Shown piece by piece: positions 1 through 13,609 of a DNA stretch of 64,000 nt. Every line of letters starts with the position of its first letter. Positions within the stretch are counted from its first letter, which is position 1. Under the pieces are notes generated by a model. That model had not been told where the DNA came from. It saw nothing but the letters and a program-made list of their open reading frames with translations, and made no database searches. This stretch comes from Antedon mediterranea (lineage: Eukaryota > Animalia > Echinodermata): positions 4,526,001 to 4,590,000 of the forward strand of contig NC_092672.1 of NCBI RefSeq assembly GCF_964355755.1. Reading direction: 5' to 3'. Position numbers and translations under genes: made by a program.

Positions 1-964
1 GTACTATGCCGTTGGCGCTATACTAACAGCACGACAGATTTCAAACATGTGGCAGGATTTATATAGTTTTCCAAATATCAATCTAGCTTCTCTATGCTGT
101 ATTCACATGCTGGAGAATGCGCCCTCGTCAAAGACGATGTGCTGTCATGCACATTCAGGTAGGACATATTGTAATGTAGTCTGTTTTCATTTCAGCCAGA
201 ATTATTGTATTTTTTGGTTTTTTTTTGTGGATTATTTATATTGTGAAAATTGTATGTAAAGGTAATTGTTTTGTTGACTTTATTATGTATATTTTGCTTC
301 TTGTTTTTTTAGCTGTCGGCAATAAAAAAAAGTTGCCATTCCTGTACCTTCACTTCTTATTCTTAGGTGTCCTCATAGACCTTCTCATAATAGATGTTTA
401 CCTGTTATGCAAATAGTTTATTTTGTCTTCTCCAAATTCATCATTTGTACTCGGGGTACCTGAGTCTAGGACTTACTCATTTTCTCCTTCTCCATCCGAC
501 ACTATTGAGTCAAAAGTGCGATTTATAAAGTGCTACTCCACCCTTATTCGCTGTAGTATTGTGCTAGGATTTGGCATATTACAGGGACATGTCCTCAAAG
601 CTTAACCGGATGCAGCCATATGAAGTTAGTACCGTATAGCCGTATAAACTATTTGGTAGCGGGTTTATTGATGTGTATGTGACATCACATTGCGTCTTAT
701 GACGTCATTACAGCTTCTTTCGCTGTACTCCGAGTATCGCACATTTGTGCTTGTTATCTTTGATGTTCCCTGAAATGAGACTGACTTCCAACTTTGTACC
801 TCTTGTACCTCCGTCATAGAGGGTTTATTTTCATTTTACAAAAACAAGTACAGACTTTCTTCCAATAAAAGGTCTCCTTTATTAGAGATCACATTTCTGC
901 TGACCCGTAGGCTCAATTTTAAATTACTTTAATTCTCATGATCAATTTGTTTTGTTTCTTACAG

Positions 965-1129
965 GTAATGTAGTGTGGTTGGATTCTAATACAACAGCCA
1001 GAGCATTAATAGGGATGAGCCAGCAACAGTATATAAATAAGGGACCAATGATAGAGGAGATAACACCTCGTATTGACCTCAAGTCACATGATAGTACACC
1101 TGCAGCGGAACCAATGGAAGAAGGAGATG
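965..1129 (+). CDS. NCBP3: NCBP3 exon (end of RRM-like domain)
   Basis: cttacag|GT AAT GTA GTG TGG...GAT G|gtatga; NVVWLDSNTTARALIGMS. Confidence 0.9.
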
Positions 1130-4100
1130 GTATGATAACTTTTTGCAATTTGATTTTCTCTTTAAATGATCTTCTTTATTTTTTATATTTAGGTTAAAAA
1201 ATTTCTCATGATTATTATGATGTCTCATGATCATTATTATTATTATAGCCATCATCATCATATTATCTTGTTCACTATTATTATTATATTATTATTATTA
1301 TTATTATCAGCATCATTATCATCTCTAATACTACATCATCTTTGTCAGTATCATCATCCTCATCACTATCATCTTCATCGTAATCCCCAGTATCTTCATC
1401 CTTTGTCACCATCATCATCATTATCATCATTATCATCATCATCACCACAATCATTATCATCATCACCTCAATCATTATCTCATCATCATCATCGTTTGTC
1501 ACCATCACCACAATCATTATCATCATCATCCTTTGTCACCTTCTTCATTATCATCATCATCATCGTCATCATCACCACAATCATCATCATCATCCGTTGT
1601 TACCATCATTATCTTCATCATCATCATGATCATTGTCATACATCATATTCCCAATCATTATCTTCATCATCTTCATCATCATCATCATCATCATCATCAC
1701 CATCACCATCATCATCATCACCATCATCATCCACATTACCATCATCACCATCACCATCATCACTATCATCATCATCATCATCATCATCACCATCACCATC
1801 ATCATCATCACCATCATCATCATCATTACCATCATCACCATCACCATCATCACTATCATCATCATCATCATATTCAACACCAAGGCTACCATTCAATAGC
1901 AGATATCAATATGCATCATAAAAATGCATATTAACCCACCTTTATGTATATTGACTTCATTGCGTATTAGCGATTGAATGGAAAATAGGTGATAGAGATT
2001 ATTGCCAGAGGGTTAAGGAAAATAGTATGGTTTCTTATTAAGAGGTATAGTGACACAATTTGTAACGGATGCGGTCAATCAATCTCATTCATGAGTGCCG
2101 CTGACATTTGCCAAACAGATAAAAATATATCTAATACAATTAATAGGTTAATTTAGTTAGCCTGAACACAGTGTGGTTTACTGTGAAGGTAATTTGATCA
2201 AAGAGGGGTAAATGAACCCCCTGTCTAAGGTACTATAGCTACCGTCAAAAATCAGGAGGGTTACTGTCCTAGGGAGACACCCTGCTGCCCCTGAAATTGA
2301 GTAAAGGAAACTTTCATTTGAATTAGCAGAAACAGGTTAGTAGACAGAACTTCTGTGACTCATACAATCCTGTCATTTTCAATTGGAAATTCTAGCAAAG
2401 CTTCTTACGACTGGCCCAAGGCCCCCTAATCCAAATTCATGCTATTTCCCCACAGTTCCACAACTTTAGTTGGCATTGACTGGCTCCAGTTTATACGTGT
2501 GTGTGTGAGTTTGATAGCTATGCCACATGATTTTAATTTAATAAAATATGTAGATATATTAGTTTGTTATAAAATTACTAATACAAAGTGTTATCAGCTG
2601 TTTGTAATAACATTGCTTTCAATTTCTCATTAAAGAGACCATTTCATTATCTGTCGCAATGTAAATGACTCCCTAGTGACAGGAATCTTACATTTATGTG
2701 GAATTGTGTTGAACTTCGTGAATTTAGTCATCTTAATCAATAGTTGATGTCAAGAAACATAACGCTACTCTATAAAATAAAATAAAATGATAACATACTT
2801 GAACACATCGGTTTCTTGTACGTTGTCATGCGACAACAATCTCACATGCAAATATTTAGATAGAATTTTGTTAATCAATAGTTTATGACAAAACAAAATT
2901 GATAACATACTTTAACACATCGGTTTCTTGTACGCTGTCAGTTGGTATGCGACGGCAATCTCACAAGCAAATGTTTAGATAGAATTTAAAATACACTAGC
3001 CATCTAAATCAATAGTCACTACTCTATTTAAAGACAATTAAATACATGTTTCAGTCTCTTTGAAGTTAGTCAATATAATCCTCTCATAACATTTTTTCTC
3101 AACTTTCTATCATCTAAAAGTCGTAGTTAGTCATGCCTCGGGTCACATTCTATGGTCACCGTACAGGTAGGCTACTACATTAGTACTTCTATGAATGGAT
3201 GACTAGCCGGTGACAATAACGCTAGTTGGTCATACCCAGTACCGTTTTGATTTTACGATCATTCGGGAAACCACCTCACGACGCTTAAAAGTAAAGGCAC
3301 CTTTTTTATATTTGTCTCTATCTACTCAGATGTACATTTTTTATACACGTTTTATACAAAAAAAAAAGTTATATACTTTTGCTGTTTTTTCTTGTTTTAC
3401 CTTGCTTCTTGGTCCTCCAAGCACTGACCTGGGATGTTTGTAACATTCTTATGCATACATTTTTTTAAAATAAAGAACGATTTGAGAGTTTTCAATTACA
3501 AAAAAGTTACCAAAAGGTGACCTCTTAAAATCAAAGAAAAAAAAATTGAAACAAAAATTATTTTGTTAAATTTCAGATGATTATTTAGACCTAATTAGTG
3601 ACAGCGAAACAGGCGAACGAGTACGAGTACCGAGAAGGCCGTGCCAAGAACTAGTAGATAGGAGTAACCGTGAGAACTATAGGTCAGACGACGCAGATAT
3701 GGAGGTTGAGAAGGTAGATGATGATAAGCCGTTTGATATCACGGAAGAACAAGCTATATACGATGCACTACCATTTGGAAAATCAGATCACCTACAAATA
3801 AGATATGCAACGAAAGGTTAGTAGACTGTGTAATGGGAATGAATGACAGAAATGAATGTACAGTATATCCTTTCAAATACAACTAGAAAAAAAAACCACT
3901 TGTAACAGTAGGCACCAGAGATCTGGAACCAACTTCCTTGTTCCATCCGTTACACTCCTCTTTTCTATTCAAACCTCTCCCGAAAACTCACCTATTTCAA
4001 TAGGTAATCTTTCCATGTTGTGCTGTGAGACTCCAGTAAAAAGCGCTTTATAAATAAGCGATATTATTATTTGTTTTTATTTATTATTATTTGCTTAATG

Positions 4101-7100
4101 TAAGTGCAATTTAGTGACAAATATTCCTATATTTCAACAGCAAGACTCTTTGTTTTGAGATGTCCAGAGTTGTTACTACGCATGCGTAATGCGTAATTCT
4201 CCTGGTGTTTAAATAACCAATCCAATTTGGGTCAACTGGCTCAGCTACAGTGATTTAAGTTCACTTAGGTTGACCCTGGTCTCCCCAATTTCAGTTTTTT
4301 TTGTTATGTATATACTAAAATAGATCGAATAAATAATGAAATGAAATCACAGTATAGGCATAATGATCAAATAGCATTAAAAATATTTTTTTGTTTTTGT
4401 TTTTTAGGCGATAAGAAGCAAGTTGGAGCTCAAAATAGAAGTTGGTATTATGTTAAAAATGGAAACCCTAACTACAATGGGATGAAAGGCATCATTAGCA
4501 ATTCCATGTAAGATATCTTTAATATTATTTAATCTTTTTGCAGATGTAGAAGAAATTAGTATTTAAGAGAAAACATGTGACATGCAGTCTACTGGCTGTA
4601 TTGTGCACAGGTGTGGGAGCGACGCAGACAACATTACAACAGTTGCCAGGACTCTATGGAAAAATAATATTATAACATTGTATATCAATATTAAAGACAT
4701 CTAGTATACTTTGTAGGTAACAACAGAGATTTCAGGACTGAATTTTGCATTTCAGACAGACAGACTTTGATTTTACCCCACGTCGGAAATACTGATTTAG
4801 AAAGATAACGTTTAAAACCTTAAGATAAGCTGCAAGATTTCTAGCAGCGTTGATCGACATAATGCTGTTGTTTCAGCATTGTTGAAGGCTTTTAATTGTT
4901 TAATTCCTGCGTTAAATCAAACACAGGAAAAGAAAAACTCATCAAATTGAGACCTCTCACTCTTCGGTAATCAGTAATTGCTTATAAAAGGAAATTTAAT
5001 GAAGTTTAATTTTAATTTGAGGTGTAAACGCAGGGTTTTGACGGCTGAAAATGTCAACTGTGAACACAATGACAGTATAATGCATTAAAAATTTAATCAA
5101 AACATTTTAGTTTTGATTTATTGATCCTTTGTAAATAGTAAGGTGCAGTCCCTTAAGTTGCTGAATGAAAATTCAGAATATTAAAACATGCCAAAGATAC
5201 AATGATTGGTTTATGACTATCATACAGCTTCACTTGACTGCCATACCTGCTAAACTTTATCTTCATGACGTTTAAACCTGCGAAACCCACCTGGCTTGCT
5301 TACCAACTGTCTATACTATATGGTAGTGATATCCCCAAATATGGTAGTGATATGCCCAAATATGGTAGTGATATGCCCAAATATGGTAGTGATATGCCCA
5401 AATATGGTAGTGATATGCCCAAATATGGTAGTGATATGCCAAAATATGGTAGTGATATTACATCATCATGTCCATATATGGGCACATCACATGTTTTTGT
5501 CACATAAAATTTGATAGTGTAGACAGAGCTTTACAATCAATATTATTACATTACCATTTGTATAGTGCCTGTCTCTATGATAAGCTCATAATCATTGGCG
5601 CTTCACATACTGTCATAACATTGGTTAGAATATTATATACTGTATATTGTCAATTTGTTTGAAAATAAATTCATATTTCTTTCTTTAAATAGGAAAAAAA
5701 GAATTACAGATGGAAAAACATCAAACACAAGACCGTCAAGAAAAAGGAGAATGGAAGCATATGTGGACGAGGATAAACTTATGAAAAGAGAGAAGACGGC
5801 ATCACCCCACGGCGATGGAGATGACGAAAACTTAGAACAAGAAGTCAAATTATTAACGAGAGCGCCCTCACCTAAACGAGTTATGCGCATGTATGCTGAC
5901 GATGTGGAACAACAAGTTAAAAGCATCAGGTATTGTTACATTTTGTATATTTTTAGAATTTATGCAGTAATTGTACAGTTACTGCAGTAAATATTGTAGT
6001 TTAATAAAGTATTACACTTTAAGTCAATAAATATTTAAGAAATTCCCTTAAGAATTTTTTTAGATTGTATACTTGAATCTTTTAACATTGTAAAAGAAAC
6101 AGAAAGATCATTAAAAGATATTAAAACCCATTACTTTTAACAGATTATTAAAACTTTTACAATATTCAGCTGTTATGTATTAACCGTCATGTAATGTTTA
6201 ATAAATTAAAAAGTAGAAAACAGAAATGTACTTAAATTATTTCCATCGCAGTTAAGTAATTTTTCAATTCAATCTAACCCAAAAATAGTTTCTAACCTAA
6301 ATTTTGTAACAAATCTTAACCTGATTACGATACTTAGAATAATTCGCCCTTCCTGCAATTTTTACAATTTCTACAATTGCTGTTATATATAAACATATTC
6401 ATTTTCATTTCAAAGTATTAGATCTAGTACTAGTATATTAAATTGGAATTGGATTATAAACTCAGCATAGTTTAGACATACAGGCTGCCTGGAAGGAAGT
6501 CAGAAAGTTTAAACTGTGCTCACAAATAGAAGGTTAAACTTACATAATGATATTACACAGCCACCATCCCCTGTTTAAAACAATTTGTATCATTCTAAGA
6601 CTAAGAATAACATGAATTTCCGACAATTTTGAAAATTTAAAAAATAGTAACATTTAAATATAATAATAATATGCGCAATAATAAAATATACAAAATTAAT
6701 GTTAATTAAATTATTTTGAACTAACCAACATTTTTACATACCTGACAGTTTTAATATTCTTTTCATAGATATCATCTTTAGAGAGCTTAGAATAACACAT
6801 TTCTTTGCTAAACTAGGATATTTTTTATGGTGGTTTTGAACTATTTTAACTAGTACCAAATTTAAAGCAAATACAATATAGCTTCATTTCTTCAAAATAT
6901 TAACAACACATAAACATATTTGGTAAAATGGAGACAAAAAAGAAGCCCCTTTGAAGCTCAAAAGGGGCTTGTTGCATGACATATGGAAGGGACATGGAGT
7001 ATAACTGTAACCCAGTAGTATATACATTTTTTCAGCATATAATATGCAATATACATTTTTCCAATCAGGCATAAAATGGCAAAATGAATCATGTATATAT

Positions 7101-9606
7101 AAATAGCTACAAATTAAAATATAAAGTTTTTTTATTACAAAATAATAAAATTACTAAAATAATATAATGAAACAGCTGTTAACATTATGTATTTTAAATA
7201 GTAATTATAATAATTGAGCAATTTTAAACTGACTGTTAATTGAAATAATTATATTAAATTAAAATATAATTTAATAAAAATTTATTTTCAAATCGGATGA
7301 AAGTAGTAGACCATGTTGTTTTGATGTTTTTCATTTATTACAACAAAAAAATATGCATTTACGGGTGACTAGTTTAAGTGTGTTTTGATAAAAGGTTTTT
7401 TTTTTTCAATTGTAAAGTTTGACTCATTCACTTTACTTTCATTTTTAGTTTGGTGGTTTATCTTGTGCTCTCTGTTATGTCAAGACCACTTACTGTTTCC
7501 TGTGGTTAATTTTGTTCTTGACTCTTGCTCGTTAAATTATATAAATCTTATAACAAATATAAATTTGTAAACACATAAATAATAATAAGAAATATATAAA
7601 GAATAAACTGATTAATAATTTGCTAGAAAACGTCCTCTGATAGGAACGTCCTCTGATAGGATTCGAACCTGTGACTAGCGGTTTACAGGTAGAGATACAA
7701 AAACTACACATATTCTGGAAATAAAAATCTGTTAAAACTGTAGCTCCTTCCCATATTATTATTTACTTTATTTACTGTTGCATAATATTGTAGGATTGTG
7801 TTTTTGGTGTAAAAAAGGAATGTCTAGATTTAGTAGAATTCCTACAAGGGGACACCTTCAGGAAAATGTCCCCCTAATAGAGGTTTCCCCAGAATAGGAG
7901 TTGGCCATAAAGAAAAACAAATATTTCCCCCATTGTTCACTCTATATGGTGTCCTCCAGTTGTCTCCACCCCCCCCCCCCCTTTATATGGGTGTCCCCAC
8001 CCCAGCAGTGTCCCCCTGTTGTTTCCCCCTTCATAGGCGTCCCCTGAATAGCGATCTACTACTACTGCATATCACTATTATAATTAACTGTTTACTGTTT
8101 TTTTGTAAGTGAGACACTTTTGTTTTAAACAAATAAATAAATTTCTTGGACCACCATTTTTATTTTAATCAATAAAATTATTATTGTATTAATCTTTTTA
8201 TTGATGAATAAGGGTATTCGTGAGCTACTTCTATCTGAAATAAATTGATGTTAAATATTAGTGACTGGTTGAATGACCTGTGTCCATCATGCCGTAAAAG
8301 ATTGTTTCCCCTGGGACTTGTGCCTGCTCATGTGATGACAGTGAACAGAGTGACACAAGGACAAATTAATGAGTAACTAGGGTGACAGTTAAACTGAGTG
8401 TGACGCTAGCCCCCCTCCTCCCATCCCTTGAGTACATAATTCATGTATTTGCCTTCCTTACACATAACAGTGAAATATTTAAGGTACAGAGTTATTTACC
8501 CTCTACTCTTTCAAACATTTAGGGAAAGTACAGTATGTGTACATACTAGAATAAAACCCTCCTTAAGCTCTGTCTACACTATCAAACATTTAGGGAAAGT
8601 ACAGTATGTGTACATACTACAATAAAACCCTCCTTAAGCTCTGTCTACACTATCAAACAGGGAAAGTACAGTATGTGTACATACTAGAATAAAACCCTCC
8701 TTAAGCTCTGTCTACACTATCAAACATTTAGGGAAAGTACAGTATGTGTACATACTAGAATAAAACCCTCCTTAAGCTCTGTCTACACTATCAAACATTT
8801 AGGGAAAGTACAGTATGTGTACATACTAGAATAAAACCCTCCTTAAGCTCTGTCTACACTATCAAACATTTAGGGAAAGTACAGTATGTGTACATACTAG
8901 AATAAAACCCTCTGTCTACACTATCAAACTGTATGAAAAGAAAATGTGATGTGCCCATATATGGACATGATGATGTCACATCAGTACCATATTTGGGCAT
9001 ATCACTACCATATTTGGCCACATCACACTTTTTTTGTCCAACTAGTTTGATAGTGTAGACAGAGATTTAGAAACATTTTCATAGGAAATGAACAATGGGT
9101 AATATTTTAACACTATGGCTAACCCCTATTAAAGGGACACTTGGGTCCTGAAGGTGTCCCCTTAATGGGGGGGGGGGGGGTTCTCCATTATATGCACACA
9201 AGTTTTTTTCAGAGTCAGAGGAATCGTATATATAACCGGGCGGTTTAGAGTTTTTATTCTGTGTCTGTTGATTTATATATAAATGATAATGCTGTGGATA
9301 TCAATGGATAATGGATTAATCTAAATAATTTTTTTTTCATTTTGTAGAAAACTATCAGCAGCACCAGTAGGCTTACAAGTTGTAATCGAACCAGAAAATC
9401 ACATGACCAATCGGAATGCGGGAGAACTAAACACATCCGGAATCATCCGACGTATAGGTAGACACCCGCTAAGAAGTGACGCAGCAAAACGAACGACCGA
9501 GCATCAAACTTTATTTCCTGATTTACGCGGAAAGTTGAATAGGAAGACGTGTAAAAGACAAATCTCAGAGAATATATCATTTGAAATTGGCGATGAAATA
9601 TTTTGA
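965..9606 (+). CDS. NCBP3: Nuclear cap-binding protein subunit 3, 5'-partial, 5 exons in window
   Basis: Phase-consistent GT-AG chain: 965-1129, 3577-3816, 4408-4507, 5693-5929, 9348-9606 (TGA). Motifs (C)NVVWLDSNTTARALIGMS, IRYATKGDKKQVGAQNRSWYYVKNGNPNYNGMKGIISNS and MRMYADDVE resemble recalled vertebrate NCBP3 (CNVVWLDEMTATRAL; RFATKDDKKELGAARRSQYYMKYGNPNYGGMKGILSNS; MYADEVE). Confidence 0.92.
1207..1870. repeat. Compound (CAT/CAC/TAT)n trinucleotide microsatellite
   Basis: Directly visible; source of several spurious low-complexity ORFs. Confidence 0.95.
2733..2987. repeat. Imperfect ~120-140 bp tandem duplication
   Basis: gataacatactt..aacacatcggtttcttgtacg..caatctcac..tagatagaattt occurs twice. 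Confidence 0.75.
3577..3816 (+). CDS. NCBP3: NCBP3 exon
   Basis: tttcag|AT GAT...ACG AAA G|gttagt; 240 nt open frame ending HLQIRYATK. Confidence 0.88.
4228..4347 (+). mobile_element. LINE/SINE 3' tail remnant with (GAAAT)n tail
   Basis: Near-identical reverse-complement copy at 14309-14432; AATAAA plus microsatellite tail. Confidence 0.7.
4408..4507 (+). CDS. NCBP3: NCBP3 exon
   Basis: tttttag|GC GAT AAG...TCC AT|gtaaga; DKKQVGAQNRSWYYVKNGNPNYNGMKGIISNS. Confidence 0.92.
5307..5532. mobile_element. MITE family A copy with ~7 internal 21-bp repeats
   Basis: (atatggtagtgatatgcccaa)n; right TIR tttgatagtgtagacagagct; left TIR degenerate. Confidence 0.85.
5693..5929 (+). CDS. NCBP3: NCBP3 exon
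   Basis: aaatag|G AAA...ATC AG|gtattg; ends MRMYADDVEQQVKSIR. Confidence 0.88.
8511..8929. repeat. 71-bp tandem repeat x~6 (flank plus left TIR of MITE A)
   Basis: tcaaac recurs at 8511, 8582, 8653, 8720, 8791, 8862, 8924. Confidence 0.9.
8910..9068. mobile_element. MITE family A copy
   Basis: ctctgtctacactatcaaact...agtttgatagtgtagacagag. Confidence 0.85.
9348..9606 (+). CDS. NCBP3: NCBP3 terminal coding exon
   Basis: ttttgtag|A AAA CTA, phase 2, runs into ORF 9403-9606 (PDLRGKLNRK...FEIGDEIF*). Confidence 0.78.
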
Positions 9607-9889
9607 TTTTGATTGTATTTTCTTGGGTTTGTTCGGTTTATTCATGCCTAGTTTAGTTACTTCTCTCTTTTTTTAATCATCATACCTTAGAATAATTAAA
9701 ATCAATTTGGGGTATTTTGTAGTACAGTATGACAGTGTAATCATTATAATTCATGTGTTGATATGACACACTAGTTTTTAAATTATTTTAGTTCCATTAA
9801 TATTTTTAATTAATTAGTCATTTTTAATGCATTTAGGACTAGTCATTTAATACTTACAGCCACTGTTTATTTATTGTCTGCGAACAATA

Positions 9890-10200
9890 TTTGTATAACT
9901 GTTGTAGTAGTTTTATAACTATAGTAGAAATCCTTCAGGCCACACCTCTATTAAGGGGACACATACAATATAGAGCCAACCAAATTCAAGGAACATCCTT
10001 ATTTAAAAGAATATTATGTTGGTGTCCTGAAGGTATTTGTATAATTGTAGTAGTTGTACTAGTTTTATAACTATAGTAAACCCCTCCTTCAGGCCACGCC
10101 TCTATTAAGGGGACACATACAATATACAGTCAACCAAATTCAAGGGTTATTTTTATTAAGAGGATATTTTGTTGGGATCCTGAAACTTTCCTCTTAATAG
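9890..10200. repeat. Tandem duplication of a family-B MITE fragment
   Basis: tagttttataactatagta..ccttcaggccac.cctctattaaggggacacatacaatata..caaccaaattcaagg occurs twice. Confidence 0.7.
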
Positions 10201-11293
10201 ATAGAGGTTATGTATTTTTTTTTCTTAGCTTATAATTTTTAAATTCTGGAATAATTTGGAACTATTTCAATATTTCATGCTTTAATAGATTAATAGTTTA
10301 ATCAATATGTTTAAAGTGAATGTTGATCATAGTAGTGGCCAATGGGCTACCAAAATGGCTAGCTAGCTCTAAAGAGAATTTCTGTTCCAATTGTAGAATG
10401 GATATTTTTTAATATAAGGGAAAAATTTATACTTTTCATTCCCAATAATATAATAAATATTTGTTATTATGCTTTAAAATCATTGCACAAACAATAGTAT
10501 AACCAGTAAAATGATTTATTTATATTTCTGACTTTATTAATCATGTATTATATAAAAGTGAATATAAATATATTTCTAAATGACAGTTTGTACAATTAAG
10601 TAATATCAACAGTGTAATAAATGCGCCATATTTTCAATGAAATTGCTCATAGGTGCAACAATAGCTGCAATGATTAAAATTACGATATTAAAATTATCAT
10701 GTTATGAATTTAATTAAATAATGTAATAATTATTTACTAATATTAATTATAAAATATTATTTTTATACTATACAATTTAATAATATCATGGTTTAGGTTT
10801 TGGTAACTTTTTCTGAATTGTAAATAGTCTTTATAAATTTTGCAGTATTACTATGTTTAACCGAAAAAAACCCACATACAACCATACATGTTGTACAGTG
10901 CTGTAAATATATATGTGGTTGTACCCCCTATGTATATATGTTACATACATTTATATAGATGTATAAAGTATAAAATGAATTTTGTGTGAAGTAGTTGTAT
11001 TACAAACAACACATGATTGATGGTGGTGGTATTGAACTTCAATCATTAATCAATAATAATCAATAATGATTAGTATTTTGTTGGATTACACTATAGTATA
11101 CAATAAAGAGACAATTTTATTCATAGTTTTAGAGATTTTTAAATTTTTATGTCAAATTGACATTATCATGACCTCCTTTAGGTTGTTTATATCAAATTAA
11201 TATTATAATGTTAGCTCTCACCCAGTTACAAAATCATTGCTCTGCCCCTTGTATCAAAATTCAATTATGCAATAATTTCATTCACATAGTAAG

Positions 11294-13105
11294 CATTTAT
11301 GTCAAAACTGGTTACTATAGCACAATTGACATGCGCAGAACCCTTTATTTGACTCTGCGCATGTTTATTATGCTATAGTAACCATTTATGTCAAAAAATA
11401 AAAGGGTCGACAATCGGTAATTTTTCGAAAATTTCCCTGTAGTATAGTACAAGGATTTTTTCAAAAAATGGCCGATTTTCGACCTTATTATTTTTCGATA
11501 AAACTTGTTACTATAGCACAATTGATATGTGCAGAACCCATTATTCTACTCTGCGCATGTTTATTATGCTATAGTAACCATTTATGTCAAAACTGGTTAC
11601 TATAGCACAATTGACATGCGCAGAACCCTTTATTCGACTCTGCGCATGTTTATTATGCTATAGTAACCATTTATATCAAAAAATAAAAGGGTCGACAATC
11701 GGTAATTTTTCGAAAATTTCCCTGTACTATAGTACAGGGATTTTTTCCAAAAATGGCCGATTTTCGACCTTTTTATTTTTTGATAAAACTTGTTACTATA
11801 GCACAATTGATATGCGCAGAACCCATTATTCGACTCTGCGCATGTTTATTATGCTATAGTAACCATTTATATCCAAAAATAAAAGGGTCGAAAATCGGAA
11901 ATTTTTCGAAAATTTCCCTGTACTATAGTACAGGGATTTTTTGCGATAATATTTGCCATAAATGACCTTTTTGTCAAAAGTGGTTACTATAGCACAATTG
12001 ACATGCGCAGAACCCATTATTCGACTCTGCGCATGTTTATTATGCTATAGTAACCATTTATATCCAAAAATAAAAGGGTCGAAAATCGGAAATTTTTCGA
12101 AAATTTCCCTGTACTATAGTACAAGGATTTTTTCGAAAAATGGCCGATTTTCGACCTTTTTATTTTTCGATAAAACTTGTTACTATAGCACAATTGACAT
12201 GCACAGAACCCATTATTCGACTCTGCGCATGTTTATTATGCTATAGTAACCATTTATGTCAAAACTGGTTACTATAGCACAATTGACATGCGCAGAACCC
12301 TTTATTCGACTCTGCACATGTTTATTATGCTATAGTAACCATTTATATCAAAAAATAAAAGGGTCGAAAATCGGAAATTTTTCGAAAATTTCCCTGTACT
12401 ATAGTACAAGGATTTTTTCAAAAAATGGCCGATTTTCGACCTTTTTATTTTTAGAAAGAACTGGTTACTATAGCACAATTGACATGCGCAGAACGCATTA
12501 TTCTACTCTGCGCATGTTTATTATGCTATAGTAACCATTTATGTCAAAAGTGGTTACTATAGCCCAATTGACATGCGCAGAACCCTTAATTCGACTCTGC
12601 ACATGTTTATTATGCTATAGTAACCACTTATATCAAAAAATAAAAGGGTCAAAAATCGGTAATTTTTCGAGAATTTCCCTATACTATAGTACAGGGATTT
12701 TTTCCAAAAATGGCCGATTTTCGTTACTATCACAATTGACATGCGCAGAACCCATTATTCGATTCTGCGCATGTTTATTATGCTATAGTAACCATTTATG
12801 TCAAAAGTGGTTACTATAGCACAATTGACATGCGCAGAACCCATTATTCGACTCTGCGCATGTTTATTTAATTTCATTTCATAGTAACATTTATTTCCTT
12901 CATAATATACAAAATAAATAATACAATACAAAATTCATAACGAGAAGATAGTTAAAACAACAAAAATTTTTTTTCTCATCTTTAAAATGAATTATGCTAT
13001 AGTGACCATTTATATCAAAAAATAAAAGGGTCGAAAATCGGCCATTTTTCAAAAATTTCCCTGTACTATAGTACAGGGATTTTTTGGGATAATATTTGCC
13101 ATTAA
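11294..13105. repeat. Higher-order satellite of two palindromic monomers (~74-bp A, ~122-bp B)
   Basis: A = ggttactatagc..acatgcgcaga..tctgcgcatgt..gctatagtaacc; B centred on ccctgtactatagtacaggg; A-B-A block period 285 bp (11299/11584; 12256/12541). Confidence 0.92.
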
Positions 13106-13609
13106 TGCACATATGTTGTGTTATCATTATCTTATAGAGTCAAAAAATAAAAGGGTTAAAATTTCCCCATTTTTCCAAATTTTTTTGGAAAAATGGGCAA
13201 ATATTAACTGTTTAACATATGTACTATATATAATGATGTGATATAAATACAGTAAAAAGTTATGTCAACAAATAAAGCGGTAGAAATTTGGCAATATTTC
13301 CAAAATCATTGCTATTTTTTACTAATAATAATAATAATAAAGTGGCGCTCATGGCACTACACACATTAACAATTTGAAAAAACATTAGCATATAGCTTAA
13401 TTAATCTTTAATGTTCAGACTAGTGGAGCATTTAACTGGTAAGCTATCCCATACACTTGCAGCTGCGACATAAAAAAAAAACTCCGACCCCACTGACCAT
13501 ATGGCTCTTGAAGCAGGTTTTGTGACTATGATCTTCCATCAAATTTAAATCTTTGAATCTCCAAAATTAACAATCTGTAGTTACTGTATAATAGTATAAT
13601 AGTTCATTC

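Noticed and set aside
1-259. ORF with a cag|gtagga donor as a possible upstream NCBP3 exon
   Set aside because: No NCBP3-like residues (an EWxDD..S motif is expected), and it would supply G rather than the T needed for the conserved Cys codon.
1208-1934. Long His/Ser/Ile/Met/Asp-rich ORFs
   Set aside because: Produced by the (CAT)n microsatellite in several frames; intronic to NCBP3.
11584-12819. Repeated 91-94-aa ORFs (MSKLVTIAQLTCAEP...)
   Set aside because: Translations of the satellite units; no protein-like features.
11294-12870. CRISPR-like alternation of a palindromic repeat with intervening sequence
   Set aside because: The intervening sequences are themselves repeated rather than unique spacers, the units are too long, there are no cas genes, and the context is eukaryotic.
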